Source: Chiloscyllium plagiosum (lineage: Eukaryota). Taken from it: a stretch of DNA of 64,000 bases. Numbering within the stretch: the first letter of the stretch is position 1; each line of letters starts with the position of its first letter. The DNA is taken from contig NC_057749.1 in the NCBI RefSeq assembly GCF_004010195.1, forward strand, positions 11,189,745 through 11,253,744, given 5' to 3'. Below are positions 1 through 13,533 of the stretch, in pieces. Position numbers and translations under genes: made by a program. The notes beneath the pieces are model-generated. The model saw only the letters and a program-made list of their open reading frames with translations, was not told the DNA's origin and ran no database searches.

Positions 1-1399
1 CTGCTTATATATTCCTATTCAGCAGGAGTGGCATGCCAGCCTTCTGCCTAAACTTTGGATGCCAACTTGTTGGGGGGATGCGTAAAGAATCTTGGCATCA
101 AAACGCATGCTCAGATTCCTCCAGGGATGCCTTGAGTCACAGTGAAATGACAACTTTCAGACTCAGGGAATAAGGAATATCAGTGGAAGTGGGGAAAAGG
201 CAGGTATATCAAATTAAGTCAAAGATCAGTCATGATCTAATTGAACAGCAGAACGTATTGAGGGACTGAATGGCCTGCTCCACCTTCTGTTGTTCCTGCT
301 TCCATCGGTCCCTGTCACCCGATAAGTGTCAGATTCTACATTTGCATAGTGTCATAAGAGCAATCACTGATGCGTCCTTTAGTCCTTGCAATGACTCAGC
401 AATCACCTGCTTGTCAACAGCCTTAGCTCTTAAAAGCAAAGTTTTGTGTAAAGTTTGAATTTGAAGTGAATCTATACATAATTCAATGAGAAATGAGGTT
501 CCCTTGAACATCCCACTTGTTCAATGGGGTGCAAACTTTGACATTCAGCAACTGTGCATAGTTTTTCAAATCTGCAAATCCAGAGCAAAGTTTCCTGGAA
601 TTTGGAACTTCCTGATTTGTTTCTTATTGATGTGTGCTGCTTTTGCCTCCCGGACAATGATTCACACTGAGTCAGAAACTGTGTCACCCTAACCATATCT
701 CAAGTGGCATTTTTAGCTATGCTTAGGATAAATTCTTTTCACATAGCTGTTTTCCTGTTGTAAACTATGATTTTGCAATGTAGCAGGAATGAAGGAAGTA
801 TCATGGCTATTCCCCCTAAGAAGCCAACTTGTTCTGTAAGTACGATCTGTTGGTCAATCTGTCACTGACTTCAGAATGCTTCCAACTTCCAGATTTTGTG
901 ATTGATTTTTTATCACGAGTATCCACGTACAGTGGGAAACTTTGTTTACGAGAGGTACTGGCAGATCATAGTAAGCTAGGTCATACAAATCATAGGGTGA
1001 AAAAAGAAGCTTGAAAGGATACAGGTTATGTCGCAAAGGGCGTGCGATAGGCAATATCAACATTAGCAAGATCAGCATTATTTGAAATTAGAGAGTCCAT
1101 TCATCAGTCCGCTAACAGCCTGAACCCACTGGCATGTGTGTTCAAGCTTCTGTATCTTCTGCCTGATGGAAGAGGACGTTAAGAAAGAAGGGGAGTGAAG
1201 GCCTGAACCAGGTGACTGGTATATCATGACAATGACACAGCTGAGACCTATCTAGCATTAACTTCCCGAAAAACTCGTGACCATAAGCAATAGATCAAAT
1301 ACCTGAGGGATACCGAAACAGAGAGCTTACCAGCCTCAGTCATCTGAACTCAACTTTTGTACAATACTGAGAAGGTGCAAGAAAGAATTCGTGGAATTT

Positions 1400-3190
1400 C
1401 CTTCTTGTTGCAGTTGTATAAGACTCTGGTGCGTCCGCATCTGGAGTATTGTGTGCAGTTTTGGTCGCCATACTATAGGAAGGATGTGGTGGCACTGGAA
1501 CGGGTGCAGAGGAGGTTTACCAGGATGTTGCCTGGTATGGTAGAAAGATCTTATGAGGAAAGGCTGAGGCACTTGGGGTTGTTTTCATTGGAGAAAAGAA
1601 GGTTTAGGGGTGACTTGATCGAGGTGTACAAGATGATTAGGGGTTTAGATAGGGTCGACAGTGAGAATCTTTTTCCAAGGGGGCATAGCTTTAAATTAAG
1701 TGGTTAGGGGTAGGTTCTTTACTCAGCGAGTCGTGAGTTCATGGAATGCCCTGCCAGTAGCAGTGGTGGACTCTCCCTCATTATGGGCATTTAAGCGGGC
1801 ATTGGATAGGCATATGGAGGATAGTGGGCTAGTGTAGGTTAGGTGGGCTTGGATCGGCGCAACATCGAGGGCCGAAGGGCCTGTACTGCGCTGTATTGTT
1901 CTATGTTCTATGTTCTATGTTCTATATTGATTGGGGATAGTCAACACAGTTTTATGAAGGGTAGGTCGTGCCTCACAACCTTATTGAATTCTTTGAGATG
2001 TTGGCCAAACAGGTGGATGAGGGTAAAGCGGTTGATATGGTACATATGGATTTCAGTAAGGTGTTTGAGAAGGTTCCCCGTGGTAGGCTATTGTACAAAA
2101 TACGGAGGTATGGGATTGAGGGTGACTTAGCAGTTTGGATCAGAAATTGGCTAGCTGAAAGACGACAGAGGGTGGTGGTTGATGGGAAATGTTCATCCTG
2201 GCATTCAGTTACTAGTGGTGTACTGCAAGGATCTGTTTTGGGGCCACTGCTGTTTGTCATCTTTATAAATGACCTGGAGGAGTACATAGAAGGATGGATT
2301 AGTAAATTTGCAGATGACGCTAAGTGGAGTTGTGGATAGTACTGAAGGATGTTGAAGGTTACAGAGGGACATAGATAAGTTGCAGAGCTGGGCTGAGAGT
2401 TCGCAAATGGCGATTAATGTGGAAAAGTGTGAGGTGATTCACTTTGGAAGGTGCAAGGATAAAGAGTACTGGGCTAATAGTAAGATTCTTGGTCGTGTGG
2501 ATGAGCAGAGAGATCTCTGTGTGCATGCACATAGATCCCTGAAAATTGCCAACCAAGTTGATAGGGTTGTTAAAAAGGCATATGGTGTGTTAGCTTTCAT
2601 TGGTAGAGGGATTGAGTTTCAGAGCCACGAGGTCATGCTGCAGCTGTACAAAACCTTGTGCAGCCACACTTGGAATATTGCATACAGTTCTGGTCACTGC
2701 ATTATAGGAAGGATTTGGAAACTCTGGAAAGGGTTCAGAGGAGATTTACAAGGATGTTTCCTGGTATGGACGGAAGGTCTTATGAGGAAAGGCTGAGGGA
2801 CTTGAGGCTGTTTTTGTTAGAGCAAAAAAGGTTGAGAGGTGACTTAATGCAGACATATAAGACAATCAATCAGAGGGCTAGATAGGGAGGGCAGTGAGAG
2901 CCTTTTTCCTCGGATGGTCATGGCTAGCATGAGAGAACATTGCTTTAAATTGAGGGGTGGTAGATATAGGACAGATGTTAGAGGTAGTTTCTTTACTCGG
3001 TAGTAGGGGTGTGGAACACCATGCCTGCAACTGTAGTAGACTTGCCAACTTTAAGGGCATTTAAATGGTCATTGGATAAACATATGGATGAAAATGGAAT
3101 AGGGTAGGATAGATGGGCTTCAGATTGGTTCCACAGGTTGGCGCAACAGCAAGGGCCAAAAGGCCTGTACTGCACTGTTAAGTTCAATGT
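1400..3190 (+). mobile_element. Two adjacent CR1/HER1-like LINE 3' fragments
   Basis: [19 protein letters not shown] and [23 protein letters not shown]...SKFADD motifs; (TTCTATG)n tail at ~1907-1925. Confidence 0.9.
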
Positions 3191-4814
3191 TGAAAATAGA
3201 TTTATCACAGAACTGTGAAAAGATACATTTTGGGAAGGAGAATGAAAGGGCCAACATAAAATAAAGGAGACAATTCTAAAAGGACGACAAATGCAAAGAA
3301 ATATGGGAGTATATTGGCAAAAATTGTTGAAGGTGGTTAAGAATTCAGTTAAGTCTGGCAGGATAGTGGAATTTACATCACAGCAATGTTATGGTATTGA
3401 AGGAGATCATTCAACCCATCAAATCCTAATCATATCATTGACTATCTCTACTTCCACAACTTATGTAGGCAGCCAGTTACTGGTGATTGCCATTCATTAC
3501 ATAAGAAGATTTTTCATCAAGCCCCTTGTCTTTCTCAAGGTTCAAAAACTTAAATGTGTCCCCTGGTTCTTGCACCATCAGTAAATGAGAACAACTTTTC
3601 TCAATTTTACCGAAACTATTCATTCTTGTTCAAGCCCCTTTCAAGCCTTCCCTCAATCTCCTTAGCAATCTCTAGCCCCAGTTTTGCTGACTTAATCTTA
3701 CAGCCTTGATCACTCTCATCAGCTGTTAGATTCCCATTATTCTAGGTATGCTTTTTGTTTCTTCTACTATGAAGATGAACATAAAACACTTGTTCAACAT
3801 CTTTGCCACTTGCTTATCTCCCAATATAATTTCTCCTTTCTCAGTCTCGAGAAGACATGTGTTTAGGTTTTTACTCCCATCCTCAATCCATTTTGGTAGA
3901 TGATCTCACAATCTGAGATTGTGTGTTTCTATTTATGGTCAATTTATTTTCACACATTTTCACATTATTTTCACAATTTATTTTTTGGTCATCTTTCCAC
4001 GGCATCTAAATCTCAGCCTCAGGCTTTTTGTTCGGATTGCCTTACCCTCTTATCTACTCCTGCTGCTGTTTGTTTTGTTCTAAGTAGAGGTACAGCTGGG
4101 TCTGCAACGCAGCACTTTGGTATGACAGAAGGAATGCTGATGAGAACTGCAGATTTTGTTGTATCCAATATAATCAAGCATTTGATATAACATGGATTGA
4201 ACTGAATTCATTGAAGGCTAGTGTTCATGATGTGAGGAATTTCAGGAGAAGGCTCAGGAAGATCATCCTTTCACACTTCTGATCAAAGATGGCCATGACC
4301 TGGAACTCAATATCTTTAAGGGTGTTGGAAACTGAAAATACCAGTGATTTCTAAAGGATAGGCACTTGAATCACAGAATTGTTACAGTGCAGAAGGAAAC
4401 TGTTCAGTCCAGTGTGTCTGTGCCAGCTCTCCAAAGGTACAATTCTCTTGCCTGCTCACTCCATGTGTTCTTTCTTTGCACCGGCACCCCCCCACCGCCC
4501 CAGAAATGGCAGGATTGCAAAATTTTGACCTGCGCTTAGTTCTGCGCTCATTCAGATCTGTCGAGATAGCATGCTACTTTTTGTCCGGACACCATGTAAG
4601 CTGGTATAACTTTGGAATTGTTCAATAGTCAGTGAGGAAATTACAACAACCTGTCTAAGTGCAATTGAAATCCAGGTCACAAAAACAAAAGGAATATATA
4701 TTTAAACAGTTATTGATCCAATTATATGGGTGCATTAACAATATCAAAAAGCTCAAGGTTCTTTAACATAATTCCTGTAACCCATCAGTCACCCATTGAC
4801 AAACATCTATTTAC

Positions 4815-4886
4815 CTGCTGCTTCTGGGATAATCGGTCCCCGACTGTCGAAGCTTGCACGGTTAACTGAAGACTGCAAGTATTTAT
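4815..4886 (-). CDS. LRRC49: LRRC49 coding exon 2
   Basis: ttgcttgcag acceptor, 72-nt phase 0/0 exon INTCSLQLTVQASTVGDRLSQKQQ, gtaaat donor. Similar to recalled human NVNCGLHLVIQTSSLPEKNK and in frame with exon 1. Confidence 0.75.
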
Positions 4887-5212
4887 CTGCAAGCAAAACA
4901 ATGACATTACAGTAATGTAATAATGAAGGGCAGTGTAACCAGAGTTTAATTATCATTGTAAATACTGTGAACAGTTACACTTTAACGCGCAAGTACTGGC
5001 AAATCAAACAAAATTTTGCCAAGGCTCATCAAAGAGAATCTTTGTGGTACTGTTGTAACATATATGAAAAATCACATTGCCACACTACTAAAACATTTTT
5101 AAAAACTGAACGCTTTGCATCTCCTTTTTGTTTCCCCAAAGCTCCTAACAAACACTGTCTTCACAGAAGCTAGTACCCTCAATAATTTACCTAAGTATCA
5201 ATTTTTCTTGTA

Positions 5213-7093
5213 GGAGAAAGTGAGGACTGCAGAAGCTGGAGTACCAGAGTTGAAAAATGTGGTGCTGGAAAAACACAGCAGGCCAGGCAGCATCCGAGGA
5301 GCAGGAGAATCGACGTTTCGGGCATAAGCCCTTCTTCAGGAATGAGGCTGGTGTGCCAAGTGGGCTGAGATAAAAGGTAGGGAGTATGGAATTTGGTGGA
5401 GTGGTGCTGTTGGAGAAATCTACATTCATCCCGTGTGGTTGGAGGGTTCCTAGGCTGAAGATGAGGCGCTCTTCCTCCAGGCGTCGTGTGCCTAGGGTCT
5501 GGCGATAGAGGAGGCCAAGGACCTGCATGTCACTGGCGGAGTGGGAGGGGGAGCTAAAGTGTTCAGCCACGGGGCGGGTTGTTATAGAAGGATCCATTGG
5601 GGCCTTGGAGGGAGGTGAGGGGGGAGGTGTGGGCGCAAGTTTTGCACTTCTTGCAGTTTTCATAATTTTCGTTTCCCCGTTCCCCAACGCCTTATCTTCA
5701 CAATGGACATGGGCCCCAGCTATGCCTGCCTCTTCGTCGGATATCTGGATCAGTCCATCTTCCGCAGCTACACTGGCACCACCCCCCACCTTTTCCTCCG
5801 CTACATCGATGATTGTATTGACGCTACTTCGTGCTCCCACGAGGAGGTTGAACAGTTCATCCACTTTACCAATACCTTCCACCCCAACCTCAAATTTACC
5901 TGGACCGTCTCAGACTCCTCCCTCCCATATCCTAGACCTCTCCATTTCTATCTCAGGCGACCGACTCAACACAGATATTTACTACAAACCGACCGACTCC
6001 CACAGCTACCTAGATTACACCTCCTTCCACCCTGCCCCCTGTAAAATCGCCATCCCATATTCCCAATTCCTTCGCCGCATCTGCTCCCAAGAGGACCAAT
6101 TCCACTACCGAACAACTTAAATGGCCTCCTTCTTCAAAGACTGCTATTTCCCCTCTGACGTGGTCAACTATGTTCTCCACCGCATCTCCTCCACTTCCCG
6201 CACCTCCACCCTTGAACCCCGCCCCTCCAATCGCCACCAGGACAGAACTCCACTGGTCCTCACCTTCCACCCCACCAACCTCCGGATACATCGTATCATC
6301 CTCCATCATTTCTGCCACCTCCAGGGATATATTTCCCTCTCCACCCCTATCAGCATTCAGGAGACACCACTCCCTCCGCGACTCCCTCGTCAGGTCCACA
6401 CCCCCCACCAACCCAACCTCCACTCCCAGCACCATCCCCTGCAAGCGCAAGAAATGCAAACCTTGCACCCACACCTCCCCCCCTCACCTCCCTCTAAGGC
6501 CCCAATGGATCCTTCTATAACCGTCACAAATTCACCTGCACCTCACACACCATTTACTGTATCCGCTGCACTCGATGTGGTCTCCTCTACATTGGGGAGA
6601 CAGGCTGCCTACTTGCAGGACGTTTCAGGGAACACCACTGGGACACCCGCACCAACCAACCCAACCACCCCGTGGCTGAACACTGTAGCTCCTCCTCCCA
6701 CTCCGCCAATGACATGCAGATCCTTGGCCTCCTCCATCACCAGACCCTGGCCACACGACGTCTGGAGAAAGAGCGCCTCATCTTCCGCCTAGGAACCCTC
6801 CAACCACACGGGATGAATGTAGATTTCAGCACTGCCCTCTTGACCTGCAATCTTTTTCCCGACCTCTCCGCCCCCACCCCCTCTCCGGCCTATCGCCCTC
6901 ACCCTCACCTCCTTCCACCTATCGTATTCCCAGTGCCCCTCCCCCAAATTCCCTCCCCCCTACCTTTTATCTCAGCCCGCTTGGCACACCAGCCTCATTC
7001 CTGAAGAAGGGCTTATGCCCGAAACATCAATTCTCCTGCTCCTCGGATGCTGCCTGGCCTGCTGTGTTTTTCCAGCACCACATTTTTCAACTC
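5213..7093 (+). mobile_element. Penelope-like retroelement (Neptune-type), 5'-truncated with inverted terminal segment
   Basis: RT fragment MGPSYACLFVG...FLRYIDDC and GIY-YIG fragment (CTRCGLLYIGETG...ERLIFRLGTLQPHGMN), frameshifted. 5213-~5657 is an inverted copy of the 3' end. ATTTTTCTT is duplicated at 5201-5209 and 7095-7103. Confidence 0.85.
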
Positions 7094-7779
7094 CATTTTT
7101 CTTATGTCAGTATTGACACCAAATAACTATAAGATACTTTGGAAGGGTGTGGGGAATTGGCCAAAATGAAAGCTCAGTTGATTTTTGTGCTCATCCAACA
7201 TCTAAATTAGGATCACTGGAAAATATTCAAAACATAATCTCGCACCAAAAGGGCAACAGTTAAAATCTTGGCAAATACTAATTGATGCTGCACTTGCAAA
7301 AGCCCATCAAAACTGGTCATCTCTTCCCTGACTCATACATGAATACAGTACATAATAAACTGATTACTGAGAAGTATTGTGACAAACAATTTTAATTGTT
7401 AGCAAAAATAAATTTAATTGATATTGACCACCCTTCCAAAGAAAATTAGGAATGAAAAGGTGTCCAAAAAATCAACACTGGGATCCAAAAGGAGCAGCAA
7501 GTACAAACCACGAATCAAACATTGTCACTTTGCTGCCAATGGTCAACTGGTTTAAAAAAAACTGCTTTCAATGATTTCACAATGGGAAAAACTTGCATGT
7601 ATATATTCACATTATCTTATTCTCTTGTGGTCATTGTAATTTAGGAAACATGGCAATGAGTCTGCACACAAAGTCCCATGGATAGCAACATGGTAAAGAT
7701 TAAAACATTTGTTTTTAGAACATTGGTTGTTTTGTGTCAAGTAGACAGAAAACTGTGTGCACTTCCTCAATTTCTAAAT

Positions 7780-10700
7780 TATGGAGAACATCAATGAAGA
7801 AGTTCCCAGTGCCATTCTAAATTTGAAAATGTGAATGTGTCCCTTTTGGCAGAAAGAAAGCATATAATCTAAATGGCAAAAGACTGCAGATCTCTAAGCT
7901 TCAAAGGGAGATCCTCATGCGTGAATCATAACGATATTATATCTGTACAGTAATTAGGAAAGCTAATAAAATGCTATTGTTTATTGCAAGAGGAAATTAA
8001 TGCAAAAGGTTATGTTTCACAGTTATATGTGAGACCATATCAGGAGTATTGTAGATGATTTTGATGATTTCATTTATGGAAGGACATAAACGCATCAGTG
8101 GAAATTCAGAAAAGGTTGGCTTGTGAAGAAGGTTTGGACAGGCTTGGCTGGTACCCACTGGAGCTCAGTGGAATAAGAGTTTATTTGACTGAAGCATATA
8201 AAATCCTGAGAAATCTTGACTAGGTAGATGCAAATAGGATGCTTCCTCTGGAGAATCTAGAACTAGGGTAAAAAATAGGGCAAGATTGAACAGCAAAAGA
8301 AAGCTTATGATAGTCACAAAAAAACTCAAAACTGCAGATAGCCTAGAGGTATATAGAAAGTACATGGATCAAGTTTTTAAAAAAGTGCATCAAAGAGAGG
8401 GTAGGAAAAAATATTTGCAAGCAACATAAAGGAAAACCCAAATATTTACTACCAATACATAAAAAGCAAAAGGACAGTAGAGGAAACAGTCGGACCTATC
8501 AAAGATGAAGAAGGGAACTTGTGTAATATGCAGAGGATATGGGAAACATTTAAAAAGAATTTTTCATCTTCATATTCACAAAGGAAAGGGACAATGTGGA
8601 CACAGTAATCCAAAACACGTAGTGTGAAATATTGGACAAAATGATCATAACCAGAGAGGAAGTGTTAGAGGAATTGAAATCCTTGAAATTGTTTGTTGCC
8701 ACAGCTAGATGGATTATTTCTTAGGATTTGCCAGATGGTCAGGCAGGAAATAACAAATGGTCTGAGGATTATTTTCCAATCTTCACTAGAGAAAAGGTGA
8801 GGTGTCAGAGGACTGGAGGAATGCAGTGGTTCTGTTGTTTAAAAAGGGTACAAAGAAAATGCCAAACAATTATACGCCCGATAGTCTTACTTCGGTGGTA
8901 GATAAATTGTTAGAATTAATCCTGACAAACTGGCTAACTTCTCACTTGGAAAGGCGAATCAGAGATAGTCAGCATGCCTTTGTTAAGAAAGGGCCATGCC
9001 TTAAAAATTTGGATGCATTCTTTGAGGAACAGACAAGGATGATTGATGATGATAATGCAGTGAATGTTGTCTACATGGGTTTTAAATCAACTAAGCAAAA
9101 ATGAGGACTGCAGATGCTGGAAACCAGAGTTAACCCTAACCCTAAAAATTTATCAATTTAGATTAATGCAAGGCGCTGCATTTTCGGAAAGCAAATCTTA
9201 GCAGGACTTATACACTTAATGTTAAGATCCTAAGGAGTGTTGCTGAACAAAGAGACCTTGAAGTGCAGGTTCATAGTTCCTTGAAAGTGGAGTCACAGGT
9301 CGATAGGATTGTGAAGAAGACGTTTGATATGCTTTCCTTTATTGGTCAGAGTATTGAGTACAGGAGTTGGAAGGTCATGTTGCAGCTGTACAGGACAGTG
9401 TTAGGCCACTGTTGGAATATTGCGTGCAATTCTGGTCTCCTTCCTATAGGAAATATGTTGTGAAAAACTTGAAAGGGTTCAGAAAAGATTTACAAGGATG
9501 TTGCCAGGATTGGAGGATGTGAGCTATAGAGGGAGGTTGAATAGGCGAGGGCTGTTTTCCCTGGAGCGTTGGAGGCTGAGGGGTGACTTTATAGAGGTTT
9601 ATAAAATCATGAGGGGTATGGATAGGATAAATAGACAAAGTCTCTTCTCTGGGGTGGAGGAGTCCAGAACTAAACGGCATAGGTTTAGGGTGAGAGGGGA
9701 AAGATATAAAAGAGACGTAAGGGGCAACTGTTTCACGCAGAGGGTGAAATGTGTATGGAATAAGCTGCCAGAGGATGTGGTGCAGGTTGGTACAATTGCA
9801 ACTTTTAAAAGCCATCTAGATGGGTATATGAGTAGGAAGGGTTTGGAGGGATATGGACCAGGTGCTGGCAGGTGGAACTAGATTGGGTTAGGATATCTGG
9901 TTGGCATGGACGAGTTGGACCGTCTGTTTGTGTTGTACATCTCTACAACTCTAACAGGCACAATTGAGAAATTTGCAGATGACATAAACATTAGCCATGT
10001 AGTGGATAACAGAGTTTAGCTGTAAGGTCCAAAATGATACAGATGGATTGGTGGAGTGGGAAACTAGCAAATGTAGTTCAACTCTGATAAGTGTCAGGGA
10101 ATGCATTTAGGGAGGTCAAACGGTAAAAGGGAATACATATTAAAAAGGAATATACTGAGAAGTACGTGAAGCAAAAAAATCTTAAGCGAGCAGTACTGGT
10201 AGATAAGTTATAAAGCAGGCATATGGAATGCTTCATTGGTCAAAGTATAGAATACAAAAGTAGGAATATAATGAAACTGTATAAGATACTGCAAGGCCAC
10301 AACTGGAGTAGTGTGTGCAGTATGGTCACTACAAAAAGGACAAAATTACTCTGGAGAGACTGCAGAGACAACTTACTAGAATGTTGCTAGGGCTGGAGAT
10401 TGTAGCTATGAGTAGAGATTGGAGAAGGTAGGATTGTTTTCCTTGGAACAGAGAAGGCTGAAGGAAAACATGATTGAGATATACAAAATTGTGAGGGGGA
10501 GAGATAGGATCGACAGGAGGAATCAGTTTCCTTGGTTCAGAGAGCTCAAAACCAGAAGTCACAGATTCAAGCTCAGTCACTGAAGGACTAGAAGAGACGT
10601 GATGAAAAACCTTCTTACAACAAAAGTGGTAGGTGTCTGGAATTCGCTGCCTGAGTTGGTAGTGGAGGCAGAGATTTTAACCTCCTTCAAAAAGTACTTG

Positions 10701-11120
10701 GATCAGCACCTTAAGTACTGTAAACTGCAGGACTATGACCCCTCTGCAGAAAGATGGGACTAGAAAGAGCATCTAGATGTCTTTGGATTGACATGGACAA
10801 GATGGGCCAAATGTCCTCCTTTGTAATGTATTATTTCTATGGTTCTGTTGAAGTCACACATTAAAATATCAAGGGTCACCCATTTAAAACAGAGATGAGG
10901 TAAAATGTTTTCTCAGAGGGTTGTAAACCTTTGGAACAATGTCCCTGAAAAGCAGGGTCCTTGAACATTTTCAAGGCCAAGGTCAACAGATTCTTATAAA
11001 ACAAAGGGCTTGAAAGTTATCAAAGGTAGGCAGGAATGTAGATTTAAAATTGCAATCAGATCGGATATTTTCGTATTGAATGTGGAGCAAGACTAAAGTA
11101 GCTGAATGGCCTACCCCTGC
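7780..11120 (+). mobile_element. Nested CR1 LINE fragments
   Basis: EDWRNAVVLLFKKG and GLFSLERWRLRGDFIEVYKIMRG motifs, several 3' UTRs; many stops and frameshifts. Confidence 0.8.
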
Positions 11121-12239
11121 TCCCAATTCATACCTACAAACCTTTATCATGGAGAAAGTGGACAGTATTCCCAGAATAGTGTGGTGAAGATTCTATATTA
11201 TTATTGTTTAAATGTGGAAGAATGGTGTATAGCTTTAAGTTTGATTTATATTTCTATGCTTTGTATTATGAGGAGGACACATTTTTGAGTTCAGAGTGCG
11301 GCAGCAACTGTCATTCACACATTTTCATGAGATGGTTAAACCCTTGCTGTGAACAGTTCACTGCACTTAAAACAACAGTAGAAAACCATTTCTGTTGTCT
11401 AGCATCAGGAGTCCAGTAACAAAATCAGAATCATGCAGAAGGAGGGATACTGTACAGACTTGTTCAAAGAAAGGATCTGTAATAGAAGTGCTGTTAGTAG
11501 CAGACTCCAAAGCAGTCAGGTATGGGAAAGTAACCTTAAATTGCTTAGAAGAAAATTCCAAAAGCAGAAATCAGTGGAAGACATGCTTATCAGGAACCAA
11601 TGTTCAATAATAAGTGAGATATGCTATCAGTTGTTCAAGGGTTTCAGGAAGAAAAATTAAATGAAGTTAATAGCATCAAGTGAGTGCATGAATTTGTTAA
11701 CAAGAAACAGGTTACAGCCATTCTGGCTAAATAAGAAATTTAACATGGAGACCTTTACTGAAGTCAGAGCATCTTTAAAGGTCGTTGTTTAGGATAAAAG
11801 GTTGAATCTTTACTTTTAATATTCGTCATCAAACCATTTCAAACAGTTCTTGCATGATATAACAGAGTTACCTTGCTTTTTCTTTTTATGTAAAAATTGT
11901 TTATGGTCTTTTGTTAAAAGTACATTGACAGCCTCTTGTGAATATTCTTAGTGACTTACCAGTAGAATAAAAAAATTGCTAAAAGAAAATGAGCCAGATT
12001 TTGCTCTGCTTCCATAACTGCCAACAGCTGGGATCAAAACAATATAAGGACTCTCACTATAAGAGCAGGTAAGCTCTGGAAAATTGTCAGTCCTGCACTG
12101 AAAAATTGGCAGTCTATCTGGATTCCTGGGTATTTTATTTTCTGCATGAGAAACATGCACAGAACAATACATCAACATCAGATGCTGTCAAGATCAGCAG
12201 CAGGTTCAGAGGCTACATCCTGGCATGTACTCTGTTTGG

Positions 12240-12594
12240 AGAAAGTGAGGACTGCAGATGCTGGAGATCAGAGCTTAAAAATGGTGTTGCTGGAAAAGTG
12301 CAGCAGGTCAGGCAGCATCAAAGAAACAGAAGAATCGACGTTTTGGGCATAAGTCCTTCTTCAGGAATGAGGAGGGTGTGCCAAGCAGGCTAAGATAAAA
12401 GGTAGGGAGGAAGGACTTGTGGGAGGGGCATTGGGAATATGATAGATGGAAGGAGATTAAGGAGAGAGGGTGGGGGCGGAGAGGTCGGGAAGAAGATTGC
12501 AGGTCAAGAAGACGGTGCTGAGTCTGAGGGTTGGGACTGAGAAAAGGTGGGGGGAGGGGAAATGAGAAAGCTGGAGAAATCGGCATTCAGATAC
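12240..12594 (-). mobile_element. PLE 3' end (same family as 5213-7093)
   Basis: Same terminal sequence; target duplication GTACTCTGTTTGG at 12227-12239 and 12595-12607. Confidence 0.8.
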
Positions 12595-13533
12595 GTACTC
12601 TGTTTGGCATATTTTTCTCAATTCTTCTAATATATACTTTTGACAACTCAAATGAGTGTGTCTATGTACCAGAGTTGGCAGCAAACTTTTGAACTTGACA
12701 TGGCTGTGCACCACAACCAAAGTGTGTAATGTCCTAAAATTACTACTTATTGATGACATCATATTGGCATCCCAGACTGAAGTTCACATGCAACAGCTTG
12801 CTGGTCAGTTTTCCAAGGCATACAAGTATATCAGACGATCAGCTTCGGAAAGACCCAAGTTACAGGCAGGATGTATAGGTTCCATGTTCCACTAACATCC
12901 TCAATGCAGAAATCAACAACTTCGTATATCTTGGATCAACAATAAACAGCTATAGACCGTCGATGTTGAAATCGGCATCAGAATGAAATGATAGTCGCAG
13001 CATTGACAAAAATCAATCAAGTATGGTCCAACAGCAAACTAACTGAAAATACAAAGCTCAGTGTGTAGCAAGTATCTAAGAATATAAGAATATTGAAATA
13101 GAAGCATGAGAGGCCTTTCAACCCGGAGATCCTGTTCCACCATTCAATGAAATCACTGCAGAGTTTCTACTTCAACATTACCTTCCTGCACTATTCATAC
13201 ATTTTCTGATATTTTCAACATATAGAAATCTATTAATCTCAATTTTGAACATACTCAAAAACTGAGACAGTAAGGATCCCACTAACCTCCAAATCCAACA
13301 CATCATCCTCTGACATTTCCACCATTACAATCAGACCCCACCACTCTACCCCACTTCCATTCATCAGCTCTCTGGAGGGACCATTCACTCCACAACACCC
13401 TCATTAACCCTACATTCCTCACCTGCTTCTCCACCACACATGATACCTTTCCCTGCAACCACAAGAGGTGCAACACCAGTCCCAACACCACCCTTCTCAT
13501 CTCCATCCAAGGCCCCAAACAATCTTTCCACAT

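Noticed and set aside
406-470. Possible further LRRC49 exon (AG...GT bounded, minus strand)
   Set aside because: The phase-0 reading needed after exon 2 hits a stop, and there is no recognisable similarity. Similar candidates near 4045-4100 and 4530-4600 were also unsupported, so exon 3 was not located.
5187-6792. 200+ aa ORFs as host genes
   Set aside because: Frameshifted pieces or antisense shadows of the Penelope-like element.
11200-12060. Possible solo LTR
   Set aside because: Composition is suggestive, but no clear TG...CA ends, TSD or second copy could be identified.
12332-12368. Hammerhead motif as a functional ribozyme
   Set aside because: GAAA is mutated to AAAA and stem II is mismatched; counted only as a relic.
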